Shown: positions 13,701 to 27,700 of the stretch, piece by piece
Numbering within the stretch: position 1 is the first letter of the stretch
How the letters are laid out: each line of letters opens with the position of its first letter
Assembly (NCBI GenBank): GCA_040954595.2
Contig: CM082578.2
Location: 11,291,166 to 11,355,165 of the forward strand
Direction: 5' to 3'
DNA: 64,000 bases
Source of the DNA: Balanoglossus misakiensis
Taxonomy: Eukaryota; Animalia; Hemichordata
Notes under the pieces: generated by a model
What the model saw: only the letters and a program-made list of their open reading frames with translations
Told to the model about the DNA's origin: nothing
Database searches by the model: none
Made by a program: the position numbers and the translations under genes

Positions 13701-16700
13701 TTCTTCCTCTATATATGCAAAATATCTTGTATCATAGACTTGTTAGTTTTACTTCCATAAACTTATCCTAACACCCGATTAGCCATCTCATTAAACTCGG
13801 CCACAGAGATAAAAAGACATTCTGAACCGGATGAATTCCTGACATTTTTTTGCCAAACAATTTGACTGTTTTCATAGTTTAGCGGATTATCCTTCTGTGT
13901 TGTTGTGTCAATGAAAACTTTATTTTTTTTCTCTTTCCTTTTATCCGCCAGTTTTTGAGGACATCGTGAAGAGCACCACAAGAATAGCTGATCTGTGGAC
14001 ACTTCAAACGGAGCCGCCTTTGACAGAAACAAAAACATATCATCAGATTAATTGTATTGATCCTGGTATGTCTACATTGCAAGGACAGAGTTTGTTTTCA
14101 GTGTTTGGTCAGCGAGTCCTTGAGGTTGCAAACAGCCCATATAAGAGGAATTACCAATTGTCACAGCTCACGAGAGCCGCAACTTAATGCTATGAAAACC
14201 TGCTATACATTGAAGATGTACATTCTACGTACATGACTCCGTGGAACCTACTGAAAAACACTGAATTTTATTTCTTAGTCTCATGACTTTCTCCCAATTT
14301 ATATCTTGGGTTGGGAACTAGAATTCGCTTATACTAATACTACAAATTTACGCATTTACGTAAAAGCACATTACATTTTGGTTTTGTTTGCACGTTGCCT
14401 CGGGCATCCAGTTAACACAAAGTGCTGAAAAGAATTTGTGTTGTGAGTCTGTACAAAAACTGAATGAACTCAAAGTATTTTATGAATGATGTTATCAGCA
14501 ATTATGCTAGTCAGTCAGTATGATAGCCCCCTCCCCTGAATCAGTGGAGCAATGAACAACAAACCAACGCACATACAACTGCAGCAGTGAACAGTCCCAA
14601 GTGACAAATTCTTGTTAACAACATTTTGGCAAGCATTTAACAGTTTAAGGATACTTATAATGTGTTGCCCATCCCTGTGTGTTAATTTGAATTACTCTGC
14701 ATGCCATGACAATGATCTCAGCCCAAAACACCGATCTGTGGTTTGTATACATGCGGTAGGATATTAAAATTCCCAAGTAAATGCATTTCACAGTGGTCCA
14801 ACACATCAGGGACTGTGGCACCACCATGATCGCTGTTAGTCAAATAATACAACCATATGTCGTGGTCTCTTGTTTAAATCCAGCCTCCCTCATAATTGAC
14901 ACCCACTGGCATACACCAAAGCACCCCTTGACTGATTTATGATTCTGTCACTGTTTACTCATAATATTTTCCACCAAAACCTAGACAAGTTGTTGTTCTG
15001 CTGGTGATGACAGTCCGAACGTTCGATCCACGTGTCGTGCCCCGAAACTCAATCAATGATCAGGGAGCTAGCATCCTGTGGCTGCTGAACTGAGGATAAT
15101 GCAGCCTAACGCCCAGCAGGCCGCAAGACATCCAGTCGTGAACTGCCTGTTGTTGTACACAAATGAAATTACGAGCGGGGCATGCGAGCTATGTCAAGAC
15201 ACACTTGTAAGACAAGATTGCAAGTACCTAAACAATGTGTCAGGAACATTCTGGGGGGGGGGGTTCAAGAGGAAGTGGGAAGGATTTGGAATCACACAGA
15301 CTAGTATACAGTGCATGGTCTATAAAGGGGAGGGGGGAATATCTGCCTCAAGACTGCACCCCCCCCTCTCCAATTGTGGAAGCAAAGACTGCCATCTGGC
15401 CACAAGATGTAGCTGAATGGAAACCTTGCTGAAAGTTGATATACAAGTGTACATCGTGTATGTATACTCGACAGCAGTGGTGGGCATGTCAATCAATTTC
15501 CAACACACAGCACCGGTCTGCTGCAGACATTAGATTCACAGTCTGAGCCCAGGAGATATATACTCAAGCCTGTTTAATCGAAATCAAACACCTGTCTCTC
15601 TCTCCAATTTTTTTTTCTGACAAGATGATCGATAATGATTTATTTAGTGAATTTTCAAAAAATGTCGGCTAGAAGCTTTCATCATACCTTGTGTGTTCAT
15701 CAGAGAGCTCCACACACACACACACGGCAGTAACTCAATTGACAAAACTGCATGTCAGCAGCTTTCGCACGATCGGACAACATCATAGACCACACTGTCA
15801 CCCTTGTGATTTCTATTTGCACATTTTTATCGATACATTATTTTTCTCTGGAGGGGTGCGTTCACATTCTAGTTCATAAATCCAACACGTGCCGCTAGAT
15901 GTTGGACAGGAATTTCAGCAGCTAGGTCCAATGGTAGCTCCCCTGGAATTTGCAATTTATCATGTGACCGACTCAAATCACATGTACACATTGATGGGGG
16001 AAACAAAATTTCAGCTACATGTATCCCCACCTCTACAGCCCACACTGTATACCTCAATATAAACACCAGCCTTCTCTCTACTGAAGTGTGAAAAAAACCC
16101 ACTTTGATCTAAAGCAAGTAATAACGCTTCAATAAAACGGTCTAAGTACACATTCTTGACTGCAGTCAAATTGCACATAAAAACCTGACAGTTGATACAA
16201 CAGAGATGTCTTGTCGGATTCCGATCGCTGCCGACCCGATGCAGCACTTGTAAAAGAAAAGACACTGATTAAATACTCTGGACTGCCATTGATGATAATT
16301 TACAGCCCTGTTATTGGCCTATATGGCAAGATCATAGACACACCATCTCACAAATCAGGGTGTCTATATTGACACTCATTGAAGGAGCAATGCACCATCA
16401 TCATGATGTTCATGCCCTACTTGGTTATATACAAGAAGTGATCTACTACATATACATGTACATGTACCGGTATCTACAAAATGTACGAGAGCACAGAGAC
16501 AGGAGGTGGGGCAGATACGCTGTACCACTCAGTTCAGGAACCTGTCTTCAATTTCTAAAATCCCATCCTAATTTATTTCATTTTGACAAACAAGCACAAA
16601 GTGGGCACTCTCACTCTAAAAAAGATACATGTACAGCTTGGCTATTCTATATGCCATGCCTGCTTGGCATTTAAAAAAACCTCCAATCAAATGTCTAGAC

Positions 16701-19486
16701 AGCCAAATCGCTATGCTACCTTTGATTTACCTGTAATTTATCCATCGCATGTGACATTTTACAACAGACGCTGCAACAAAGACTCGGCCTTATACAAGGA
16801 TTCCTCTGCATCCATTGCCGGACACACAAATGAGTCATTCTCAATAGAATTCTCGACGCACCGCACGCATTCCAGTTTCTCTTCCTGTTTTTTGTTGCGA
16901 TAAGAAGCACTGCAAGCCATATGGTACTGGTTCACTATTGATTGGAGCTTATGTATGATTTTCTAAGGTCAAACAACCCCCGTCTCCCCAAAAGAACACA
17001 CAAAATTCTATCACTCTACTAGTAATGCTCCAGTTGTCTTGTCTAGAATCGCCTTCTTCCCATTTTTTGGTTCACTGTGTTTTGGGATGATCCAATTTAT
17101 TTTAGAGCGACACAATCATTACTTTTGATGACATTTTTTGATATTTTTCAGTGTATGCAAATTAACATATGTTGTCCTGAAAACTCAGTGTTATTGAATT
17201 TACCGTGGGAGCTATAACATACAATGACATAATTTTTTGTCATTACCATAAATTTTCCATGGTAGTGTTCTGTATATTCACATGCGATTCCTGTATACAT
17301 GTACAACTGAAATATATGTCAAAAATTGATGACTGCACACACACACATGTATGTCCCTTTAACCCAATTCGCAGATTCACTCAAAGTGAGGTACATGTAC
17401 CTGTATTTTGACGATGCAAGCAGCCTTCACACGGAGGAAATTTACGATTAACTGTTGAAGTTTCTCAAACTACCAATTAGAGCAATCAATGTTCTGGTGT
17501 CCCACACTCATCCCTTTTAATCTCCAACGCCTTGAGGATCATAAATCTATACATGTACAAGTATGCAGTGAACATGCCAATGTACAAATGTACTAGTTAC
17601 ACACACACAGAGAGCCATAAAAGTTAACAACAGCGTGCAGCTAGTTCTTCATACACAAGGCCACGGACTTTTAATGTATCGCACATTTTCCAGAAAAACA
17701 TCCAATAAAAAGTACGGACATTGAAGCGGACTGAATAATTCTTGCGGCTCTGTTGTGCCTTTGGGAGTCATTTCCAAATTAAGTTGTTTTCATGGCCAGG
17801 CCCTGGCTGTTGACTTCCAGTTGGGTGCAATCAAAATATTTGGGCTGACCAGTTTGTGTAACCCTCATATGAATGAGTTGATGACAGATTATTACCATGG
17901 CTTTGACAACTCGAAGATCCCAATGCAAATTCTGACGCCAAGTGGCACTCCAGCAAATAAGTACAATGGCTATTAAACTTAACCAGGTGCACAGAAATCA
18001 CTCCTGACCACTCCAGACAAGACTGGATCAATTTTAGATCTCTTGCTTGGTGATGTACCAGGGCCGGACAATACATTAATTGTTCCTAGCTGAGCGCATG
18101 GGAAATGCAATTTTATGAACAGAATATTAAAGTGACGTTGGTTACATGAAATTGGCGACAGTAATTTATTATGTCACTCACCTATTCGGGGGGGGGGGGG
18201 GGGTACATTGGGGATGGGAGGATGGGTGGGGGGATGGGGAAAAGAAATTGCATTCCACAGATGAGCCATAACTACTGTATAGCATCAATAATACACTTGC
18301 AATATAGGAATGCCTTGCACTGCTTAGAATTCAGGTCAAGTTCACAAAGAGTGTACACTCCGAGATGCCAAACACTGCAGCTTTAATAGTTTCCCCCAGT
18401 CCTCCATCCATCCACGCATTGTGATGCACTCTGTGATGGTTCAATGCCCGATGCACAGCAACAGAGCTGGCTCTGCAAAGAACCCTTGTTATGTACACAA
18501 ACAGGAATCAAATTACACCAAAAGAACCGGCCTATATGTAACGCTGTTTGTCGACGTCTTGAACCCATGAAAAGATATGTCTCCCCCTTTCCCCCCATGA
18601 TGGAAAATCATGTTGTTGAAAATTGCAGTGTGAGTCACCAGAGCACCATCACACCTGTTGACAATGAACATGTTATGTTTTGTGACGACCAACATAACAG
18701 ACACGCACTCATGTTTACAAATTATAATATTCATACATGTACAATGTACATGTCTCAGACCAGAAGTGATGCTGTATCCTCAGTCAAGACACTGGAAAAT
18801 TGGCCGATTTCTTGCAATCAAGTGTCATTTCAACACTCCCATTGCAGTATAGTTGTGGCCTGCACAGGCATTGCATGTCAAACACATTTACAAATTTGGG
18901 GAAAGCTGAGGTCATACACATAAACAATCATCATGGCTAAAAAAATACCAAAGCGGCAATCAATTTCAGATTATTTCTGCCCATTGACCTGACCTCACGA
19001 TGGTGGGGTCACTATGCTGATATGGAAACATAATAAACGTACTCAAAACTGCTTAACCCCATTAGCTTCACCTGGTGTATATGTACCCTGGAGTGATGCC
19101 ATCAATGTTTACTTCATACAATGTGCGTATTTCATTTTTCTTGGGTGTTTTTTTTTTACTGAGCTGAACTTCAGTCAATCTGTCGAGGTTTTATAGACAA
19201 ATGGCCAACCCCTATTGAAACAGCCAGATTTCATTGAGAGCCAACTTTTCGAACATGCTGCCATCGGGTCAGCGACCCGCTAATGCCCCAACAGCCCGAC
19301 CTTCGACCCTGACGATTTACGCTGCATAGCTGGGATGATGGGGGAAAAACACGGGAGAAACAGTCCCGTCTTTGTCTTGCTCCTGTCACAACGCGTGATC
19401 TCAAAATATTTTCAGGTCAAGAGTTTCTGATGCTTGTCGTATTGATAGTACATGCACATTAAAGTTCCGTACACAACACACTGTAT

Positions 19487-19583
19487 TTAACCCTTTCATC
19501 CCCATTTCCCTCTGTAGAAGTCCAAAATTACTGTAGAAAATGAGCAGCGGATTTGGACCAAGTCATGATGGCAAGTGGGTTAA
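19487..19583. mobile_element. Possible short piggyBac-type MITE
   Basis: TTAA-CCC...GGG-TTAA ends around an 89-bp interior. Terminal inverted similarity beyond CCC/GGG is weak. Confidence 0.35.
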
Positions 19584-21488
19584 AAAGCAGTAGGGACTTC
19601 AACGGAACAAATTCCTCTTTTCAAGTTCCTGACATGTCACGCATGCTGGCTGAATCAGTTATCAGCCCTCACAAAGATGAAGTGTCTATTCCTGGCATGG
19701 CGTAGCACAGTTTAAAGATATGAATGGATGCACTCATAGGAGTGGGAATTCAGGCATCTTCTACTAGTGTCAAGCGAACTCTACAAAGTCAATGACAACA
19801 AACATTTTATACATGTATGCTGCCAAATGAGGGCAAAATTTCAGCTGTGGGAGGGGTGGGAGATACATGTATAGCATAGTGGGAGACCTTTTCCTATGAC
19901 GCCACTGTTGTTTCAGAAAGCATGATCTCTGATGTGTCATTTCCCCCCAGGCACAGACATGAACTAAAATATACATGTAATCCTACACAAAGACGTACAT
20001 GTTATTGCTGCACTTTTTCGCGGAGGTGTTGCACGTACATCTTCAAATATTAATAAGTGTCTGGCTAGCTTTGACGGATGTAAATTTTCCCAGGGGGTTT
20101 TGGCGACATTTTTGGGTCAGTTGAATTCTGGAAGAAACAATTACACGGGAACCCTGACATTGTAGGGATCGGACTATTACTTACCCAATCAGCCAAGCGA
20201 TTAAAACTGGTCACATGTTCATTAATATCGCACGCACAAGTCTAACCTACAGCATTAACTGCCTACTGGCAGCATGGGAATCAAGTGCCTGGACAAAGGG
20301 ACGATGGCAATGACCTGTGAAGTCCTAGGGTCACTGGTTCAGGAGTCTTCCCCTTTAAAGAAACGCTTCCTGTTGCACTGATTTATAGAGGGACCGTGCT
20401 CAAATGAGAATTCCGACAACAGAGACAATGTGCCCTCGGTACTATCACACTGTCAAGTGCAGTACACAAAACTTAAAATGAAATATGCATTTTGACTCGA
20501 AACAGACCACGTACCACCCGTCACAGCACGGCCAAGGCCAGATGATAAAAGATGGGACGTATGGTCTGAACTGAATTCACTCAACTGCGACTCTTGAAAT
20601 GATGTTGTCCCAAGTTTGCTATAATACAGTCTATACAGTGGAACTATCCTTTATCTAGTGAATAGATCCCAGCCTGGGATTTGCACAAACTCTCATAAAA
20701 TACGCTCAAGTACCAGGCTGAACACAACACAATGCGATATCGTACACTGTACAACATACAACATAACGTTTTAGTTTCCCCCAAATTGAACATTAAACGA
20801 CCAGCTGATGTTCATATGGGCACTGAGGACCATTGTGCACAAGCACTGTCATCGGTTGACGGGTCAGGAGTTGACACGACTGACGCATTTTATGAGCAAT
20901 GTGCGGGAGATAACGTTCTGAATTTGATTCCACTGTTTTCGTTTCGCGATTCCCGCGACCAGACGGCATCTGGACCACCCTTCAGTTTTCCCTTATTGCC
21001 GTTTGGACCCACTGACTACCGACTTGCCCATAATATTAAACTCACCTGTCAATTTTTAAACGGATCGTCTCTGACAGACAGAGAAACCGAGGGGGGACGC
21101 TGACTGGCCACATCTGTTTCTCTCTGGGTTGCGAGTCTTAACCGTTCTGACTGGATGTCTCAAGGTCAAGGAGGGCAAACCCTGGTAATTGCTACCACAA
21201 GTGGACAGCCAGTATATAATTGTGTTTGTATGTATATACATGCCCAGTAACTTCGCATCAGTCTGAGTGGTGCATGTATGCTTCTGAAATGGTATTCTGC
21301 TAGTTATATATCTTGTCACTAGGAATCATTAATCAATTCTGTTTACTACTGGCAGATTTCGCCAAAATGCAATGTACATGTATGACATCATGATCAGGTG
21401 GAAAGGACAATATCACGTTATGATTTCTTGTGATCTGATCCGGTACGCTAATCTTTGGCTCCAAGATAAGAAACACCAGCCATGATTT

Positions 21489-21589
21489 GATGGATGGATG
21501 GATGGATGGACAAATGGATGGATGGATGGAGGGATGGATGGATGGATGGAAGGAAGGAGGGACGGACAGATGAATGGATGGATGGATAG
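21489..21589. repeat. (GGAT)n imperfect tetranucleotide microsatellite
   Basis: Directly visible. Confidence 0.95.
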
Positions 21590-24148
21590 AATATCGCACA
21601 AATTTGGTAATATTGGTATACATCATGATAAAAATTGGGCAAATGAAAAAGCAGCTGAAACTGAAGATGAAAAAAACCCTCCTGGCACTATTTTAACGCT
21701 GTCGTTTTTCCTTTCAACGCTGCAAGGAGAAACGCAAGCGTAACGCAACTCTGTTCTCCCCTTGTCTTTGGGGGAAACGAGCTGGCTTCGGATTTTCAGC
21801 ACAGATCGGATTCTGTTACCCTGGAGTTCACTATAGCTACTTAAAGGTTAAACACAGTATACATCTGTAACTCAACACCGACAGGGCTGCGGACAAGTGT
21901 TTCTGAGTGGGAAAAACAATCTTCAACTGATACAAAAGCAAACCAATGCTTTTCTATGCAGTTTCCAATATTCAATGGTGTCTGCATGTCATCAGCTGAT
22001 ATATCCTTTTTTTATTTGCAGGAAAAAGAAAATGACATGTCTTGACATTCATTTTAAATCTGGCAATAAGAAAATCATATCACAGAAACGGTGTCATTGA
22101 ATAAAGCACATAATCTGTCGAAACGTATACTTTAATTATTATCAAAATAGCCTGAATGGACAACACTCAATAATGTAGTGTAGAAATTTGAAATTTGTTA
22201 TTGATACATAATTGAAGTATACATTTTCTACATTTTTTCCCTTAACAGTGGCAATGAAACATGAAATTCACTGAAGTCAACAATGAAGTTCTTTCACACA
22301 CCATGCTCCATAGTCAGGAGAATGTCTTCAACATTTTCACAAAGATTGACACTTGACAGGAGTAATTAATCTCAATCAAAATGTCCCGATACATTGTTTA
22401 ATGTGGTTTTCACTGCCATTCCAGGAGTGATTTATGATCCCAGAAAATATCCATACTGGGTATTGTTTCTTTTCAATGTCAGCCAAACTGTCAATCTTCT
22501 TGGGGGATCTGTCCCCCCCCCCCTTGTGTATGTGTGTGTGTCTGTCATTGTCTGTCTCTCATTTTCATATGTATGATGGCAGAGGTTTCTGTCATTTTTA
22601 TATTTATAATGGACAGAAGTTAAGTGGAATGGATCTAAAAATTCGGCTCTAAACTTGACCTTCTCTAAAACACCACACTGATTGTGCCCTGCGAGTTTCA
22701 ATCAAATGCGAGTGTTTATATCTCTTAATGCATGCACTGATATATGAACTCCAGATTGTGGTGTCCGATAGGAAGAGTCACATTTTTGAGAGGTTACAGT
22801 ATGTTGTTATTAATAGACACTGACAAGTTGGATGTCTTTTATTTGAACCTTGTCCTTGATTTGAACTTTGACCGGCGAAATAAAACCGAAAAACACCTGA
22901 AAACTGTAATTTCACAAAAAAATGGTCATAATTTCCTCGGCTTTTGTTTCTGTCAGAACTGTAAAATCAATATGTACATCCCGGCTTATCGGTCACATAT
23001 CAATATGACTGATACAGGAATAATATTACAAATTAAATTAAATTCTCAACAAGGTAAATTGAAGGTTTGATTATGGTGACATTTATTGATGCATTCTTGT
23101 GTTACCTCATCTACATTGTATTTGACATTGTACATGAAAAGTTTCGTGATGTCTATTTTTATACACGAGCAGAAATTGCAACCCCAAGGTTTCTAAACGG
23201 CGGCAGCTACGTGTTGCATCCCCAACCCTGCTCAATCTGTCTTCACGAAGCATCGCTCATTTTCATTACGCTGACCTATGCTGGTCTTTATGGAATATAA
23301 TGAACACTCATTTACAATGAAACGTACACCATTCATGCTGTGCAGTGAAGAATGCTGAGTAGCTGATCCACCAACGTTATGGTTTTTGGGCCCTCGTCTT
23401 GGCTGGAATATGTTAGCAGTTCAAAGAAACACTACACCGAAGTCTCTAGCAGTGGTTGCCCATAGCAATAGGCCATATACTGAACTGGCTATTATAATAC
23501 AATACAGAATATGTAAACACAAGTCTGTCCTTGCAAAAATATTTGTCGCTGTATTTCCAAAACGACAATTTGCTTTGGTGATACTGATAGCTAGTGTGTG
23601 AAGGACTTTTTGAATACAGTAAACACTGACTGTTTCGTTTATGATGGGTCCTGCACACGTAAAATGACTCAATTCAGTAATATACACACAATGTAAATTG
23701 TGTATTGGAAATAAAGCGCGTATATTTTGCCGGGAGAGAGGCGCGCGCGTTTCAACGCGAGACTGCTGCTACTGTGCGTGTACACTGTACACGGACAGAA
23801 ACAGTGGAGTCTGATCTGCCGCACGCCGGTCAAACGATTCGCCGTTAAACGGTGCCAGGCATTGTGATTTCATAGCCAAACGGAAACGGTATGCAGCATT
23901 TTCCCGAAGTCGCCGTGTTATGTGTTTTTATTCGTCCGTTGTCAGCTGACAACCGCTGAAATATGCATACATTTGTCAGGTATGCGCGTCAACAACCAAA
24001 CAGCCCCCCGTGCGCCCATTCACAGCCACAGCACCGATCGCGGACAGGTGGACTCGCAACTCTCAAATATTTCGCGGAATTTCACACATTCACACAATAC
24101 GAACTGTAACAGGACAATTGCTTAATAAACAGCAGTATTTTAACTTAC

Positions 24149-24212
24149 GATTTGCCTCGTCTGTCTGGACTAACGACGCCGCATGCGATAAAACATCCAA
24201 CGGAGTTTCCAT
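24149..24212 (-). CDS. VGLL4: Vestigial-like 4 (TEAD cofactor), first coding exon; the rest of the gene lies beyond the left edge of the window
   Basis: Minus strand ATG at 24212 encodes METPLDVLSHAASLVQTDEAN(R), nearly identical to the vertebrate VGLL4 N-terminus METPLDVLSRAASLVHADDEKR. The 64 nt exon ends at a phase-1 donor C|GTAAGT (GT at 24148-24147). A pyrimidine-rich acceptor (ttcattcgcag) lies 12 nt upstream of the ATG. Confidence 0.9.
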
Positions 24213-24369
24213 GCCGCCTGGGTTCTGCGAATGAAGGTGAGAGATATTATTGGCACTCACGCAGTAAAAGGTGGTTGCTGTCGGCAAAAACATGCCGAAA
24301 TATCGCCAGTTCTGCCGCACAGACAAAAGCATTAATGTTGGAATGTGGCATATAGATATATTAACTTAC

Positions 24370-24700
24370 CATATCACGGTGTTCTGGAGAAAAATCGCCG
24401 TTCCTCTGGTCTTTGGGGGGTTCTTCCAGCTGATATGTTCACCTTGATAGCAATTCTGTCTCGGGGAATTCAAAGCAATAGAGGGCAAGAATGTGAAGAA
24501 TGACGGAATGCACCTTGATTGGGATTATCTATTTTAGGTTGTGAGGGCGCGCAAACGCATTTCGGAAAGACACTTCCTTATGTCGGCCTTTCTAGAAAAC
24601 CTGGTGTTAGGAAGTGTGAAATTTAACCTCGTCAAGTCCTTTTCTCGCAAATATAACGACGATTACAAGCCGCAAGTCAAAAACATAACGGTGTCAAAAA
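24370..24700 (-). other. VGLL4: Probable non-coding first exon (5' UTR) of VGLL4; its 5' boundary is approximate
   Basis: Minus-strand donor ATG|GTAAGT at 24370/24369 pairs with the acceptor at 24225 to give a 145 nt 5'-UTR intron. Confidence 0.5.
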
Positions 24701-24790
24701 TACACACTTCCGCTTCCCTTCCTGCCCCCAAAATGGTATCGTCTGACACACATGGCGAATTTGGGCTTTATGATTGGCTCGTAAGTAATC
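24700..24790 (-). promoter_or_regulatory. Probable VGLL4 core promoter (TATA-less type)
   Basis: CpG-rich context with ETS-like CACTTCCG and CTTCC motifs (24705-24722), YY1-like AAAATGG and CATGGCG (24730-24757), and an ATTGG/CCAAT box (24773-24777), just upstream of the UTR exon. Confidence 0.45.
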
Positions 24791-27700
24791 GCACCCAGCT
24801 GTTCTACAGTGGCCTTTCAAGAAACAATGGGTATTGTACAACGCATTTGCTCCACGGGTTTAAAAGTGCGAAAACGAGCATTAAATTCGTGGTAATGAGT
24901 TTATGACACCAAACATGTTTGAGTACCTACTCTAATTGATAGACAATACGAAAGCCTGAGGTAAATTTGTTGTGTCATCTACGGTCAAACCGCAGCCTCT
25001 TTTCTTGTTATAGATGTAAGAGCAGATAAAGAAACAAATTCCTTTCAGATAAATTATTTATAACCCAGCACATTCGATCAATAACTTTGGTCTGTGGTTG
25101 TCTCTCAATAAAGCTGAGTCTGACATCGGTTTATTTTTGGCAAACTGAGACACGGTTTACTTGTATCGTAGAGTAGACACTAGAATGTAATTATCATAAT
25201 TCGAATAATAAGAATCCTTTCGAATATAATGAATGAGTTTTTGTCAGTAATTTCCTCTCACGTACATACACGACGCTGTTGATGACTGGCACGTCCGCCA
25301 TACACGTGAAAGTCAAATTGCTTCAGTGGTATTTGTCAAATATCCCCCGGTAGGTGGCGACATTTTAAAAAAATCAGCACAAACCTTACTTTTCGTGTAT
25401 GTCAGAACTGAGTCCAAACTGTCGCCAATTGATTATTGTGCTGCAGTCTTGAATCCATCTTTGTGAAAACACGTTGGACAATTTGCTCAACGGCACAACA
25501 TTTTAACAAAATCGCTCGCACACGTAGAAATATTAAGAGAAGAACAATTAAAAATGCAGAGCTCTGTGGGGGCTGTTAAAATACATGCCTTGATGTGACA
25601 ATGCATCAAGTTGCAGGTGAGGGAAACGTCTGTTTGCACTGATCGATATACTGCCACCAAGAATTCAATGTAAATTCTTTTGTTTTTCTCTAACCCCTTT
25701 TCGGATAAACTTGATTGCAGAGATCTGCATGCTGCCACCAAGAGCTCACGAGTAGATATCTTTGTTTTATTCCCTTGTTCTGCCGGGGAAATTATATCCG
25801 TGCATTGAATGTCAACGAACCCAGGTTTTACATGCTTCAAGACACTGCATGAATATTTTGTACGTACGACATCTGTTACCGACAGGACTCGTCGCAACTT
25901 ATGAAAAGAAGTTGTGCTATTTGTAAAGAAAACGAATTTATATTACTTTTATTTAGTGATGATGAAAATATGTCCATAATCGATTATAACTGCCCCGAAA
26001 ACCACCTGAATACTTACAAATGTATGGTTATGACGTTTCACTGAAAAACACTGGCCTACAATAACAAGTGTGGCCTACGTGAGAGAATTCGCTCCTCTGG
26101 TATAAATTAGGGCAAGTCTCATGCCTGCTCTTTTGAGACTGGACCAGGGCTTTTTATTCAGCTTCGATTCATACTTTTGCATTGTTAATATTAAGAGGTG
26201 ACATAACATGACAAACAAAACAATGAAAAAAAATCAGGCCAATAAATTATTATTATCATCCATACGTCAGCTTTGTTGTCAGGGATAGTTAGTGTCGTAA
26301 TCTTTTCGCCTGCAGTGTTAGTGGAAGTTAAATGACCTCGCCTCTGCCGATTTTGCACACAGCCCGCAAATTTCCACCAGTGGCATTTAACCAGCGTTGT
26401 CTGTCATGTAAATTCCTCGGCATATACAGTGCGTCGGACCAAGCCCCTGTTGGTTGAAGAGCGCTGTGTACATTCACCGTAGCATAGCAGGGCGCCACTG
26501 ACGGGGTCAATCGAAGCACAACAGCACAGTACAGCTGATCCGACGGTGAGAAGTCTCTTTACAAACCAACACAAAGTGACAGTAAGTCCAGCACAACATA
26601 CGTACATTTTTACATGGCTGTTTGGGTGCGAAAGGGTTTGCATTTGACGCATGATTGTCACTTTAATAAGACTTTGCAATGGCATCATGCAGGGGAGATA
26701 CATAGGACCACGGTCGGTCGACACTTGTCGTCTGCTTGGTTTTAAATGTCGTAAAAAGTACAGCTAAAAGCGGAGTGCATCGTCCCAACAACGTCTTCTG
26801 TTAACGTAATAACAGTGTGATCCAGTCCCAGGGGATTCAGCGGTTCTTGGTCGACGACGACGCTCGTGGCAGTAATACGAGGGTTTGTGAATGGGTCCCA
26901 TAAAATACAACAATTGGATGGTCCACCAACAGACAAGTTCCATCGTCGTATTTGCACGAGCACTTGAATTTACACTTGGAGATAACCGAATCGGACCAGT
27001 ACGGGTCTTTTTACGCGTACTGACACACGCTGTTAGCAATAGAAGGAAAGCTTCAAGTTGCGATTTTGAGTGTTAAAAATAATAGTGGCCCTTTAATTCC
27101 AGATTTGCATGAGAAGAGAAATGCGTTGACTCCGCACTGTGACATCGGTCATAATGCGAAATCCGCCTTTATAAGTTATATGCCACAACCATGTAAGGGT
27201 GCATTGTTTTCTGGTCGTTTACATGCCACAACAAGTGACCCACGTCTCTAAGCTTGGACCACTTCAAATGCATGGATAGGTTTTCATAACGCGCACCCTC
27301 ACGCACCTAGCTATCTGTCCAATCTGCCACGGCCAGTTCGTCATAAACATGGTTGATCTGAGGTCACGACCGTGGCAAATCACTCCAAGTGCATGCGGGT
27401 TATCATATGTTGTCGATATTAATACCCGAATAAAACGAGCGTAGATGTTACTGAACTGCGTGTAGGCCTAGTTCTGGTTACCGGTGGAGTGGTATAAAGA
27501 AAGCCTACGTGACCTAAATCTTTTTACATTACAATATAATCTTATTTCATTCTTTAAAAAAACACACATAAAAACATCACATCTCGTAACCGGTCTTTGA
27601 CAGGGGAACTAAAACCCCGCAATCAGTGCTTTAAAGCGAACTGCATATTAAAAAAGGCACGGATATGTATGACGCACCCCCCCCCCCACCCTCCCCAACC

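Larger units (their letters stand above)
1..24148 (-). other. VGLL4: Large intron (at least 24 kb) of VGLL4 following the first coding exon
   Basis: Starts at the GTAAGT donor. I recognised no downstream VGLL4 coding sequence (e.g. Tondu motifs) in 1-24148. The sequence is CpG-poor and rich in microsatellites. Confidence 0.7.

Noticed and set aside
21333-21743. HPSI/MDGW-repeat ORFs
   Set aside because: They are translations of the (GGAT)n microsatellite.
1-24148. Intron-wide enrichment of TEAD motifs (GGAATG/CATTCC)
   Set aside because: About 13-15 copies by eye, close to chance for a 6-mer on two strands. Only the local cluster near 9 kb was kept.
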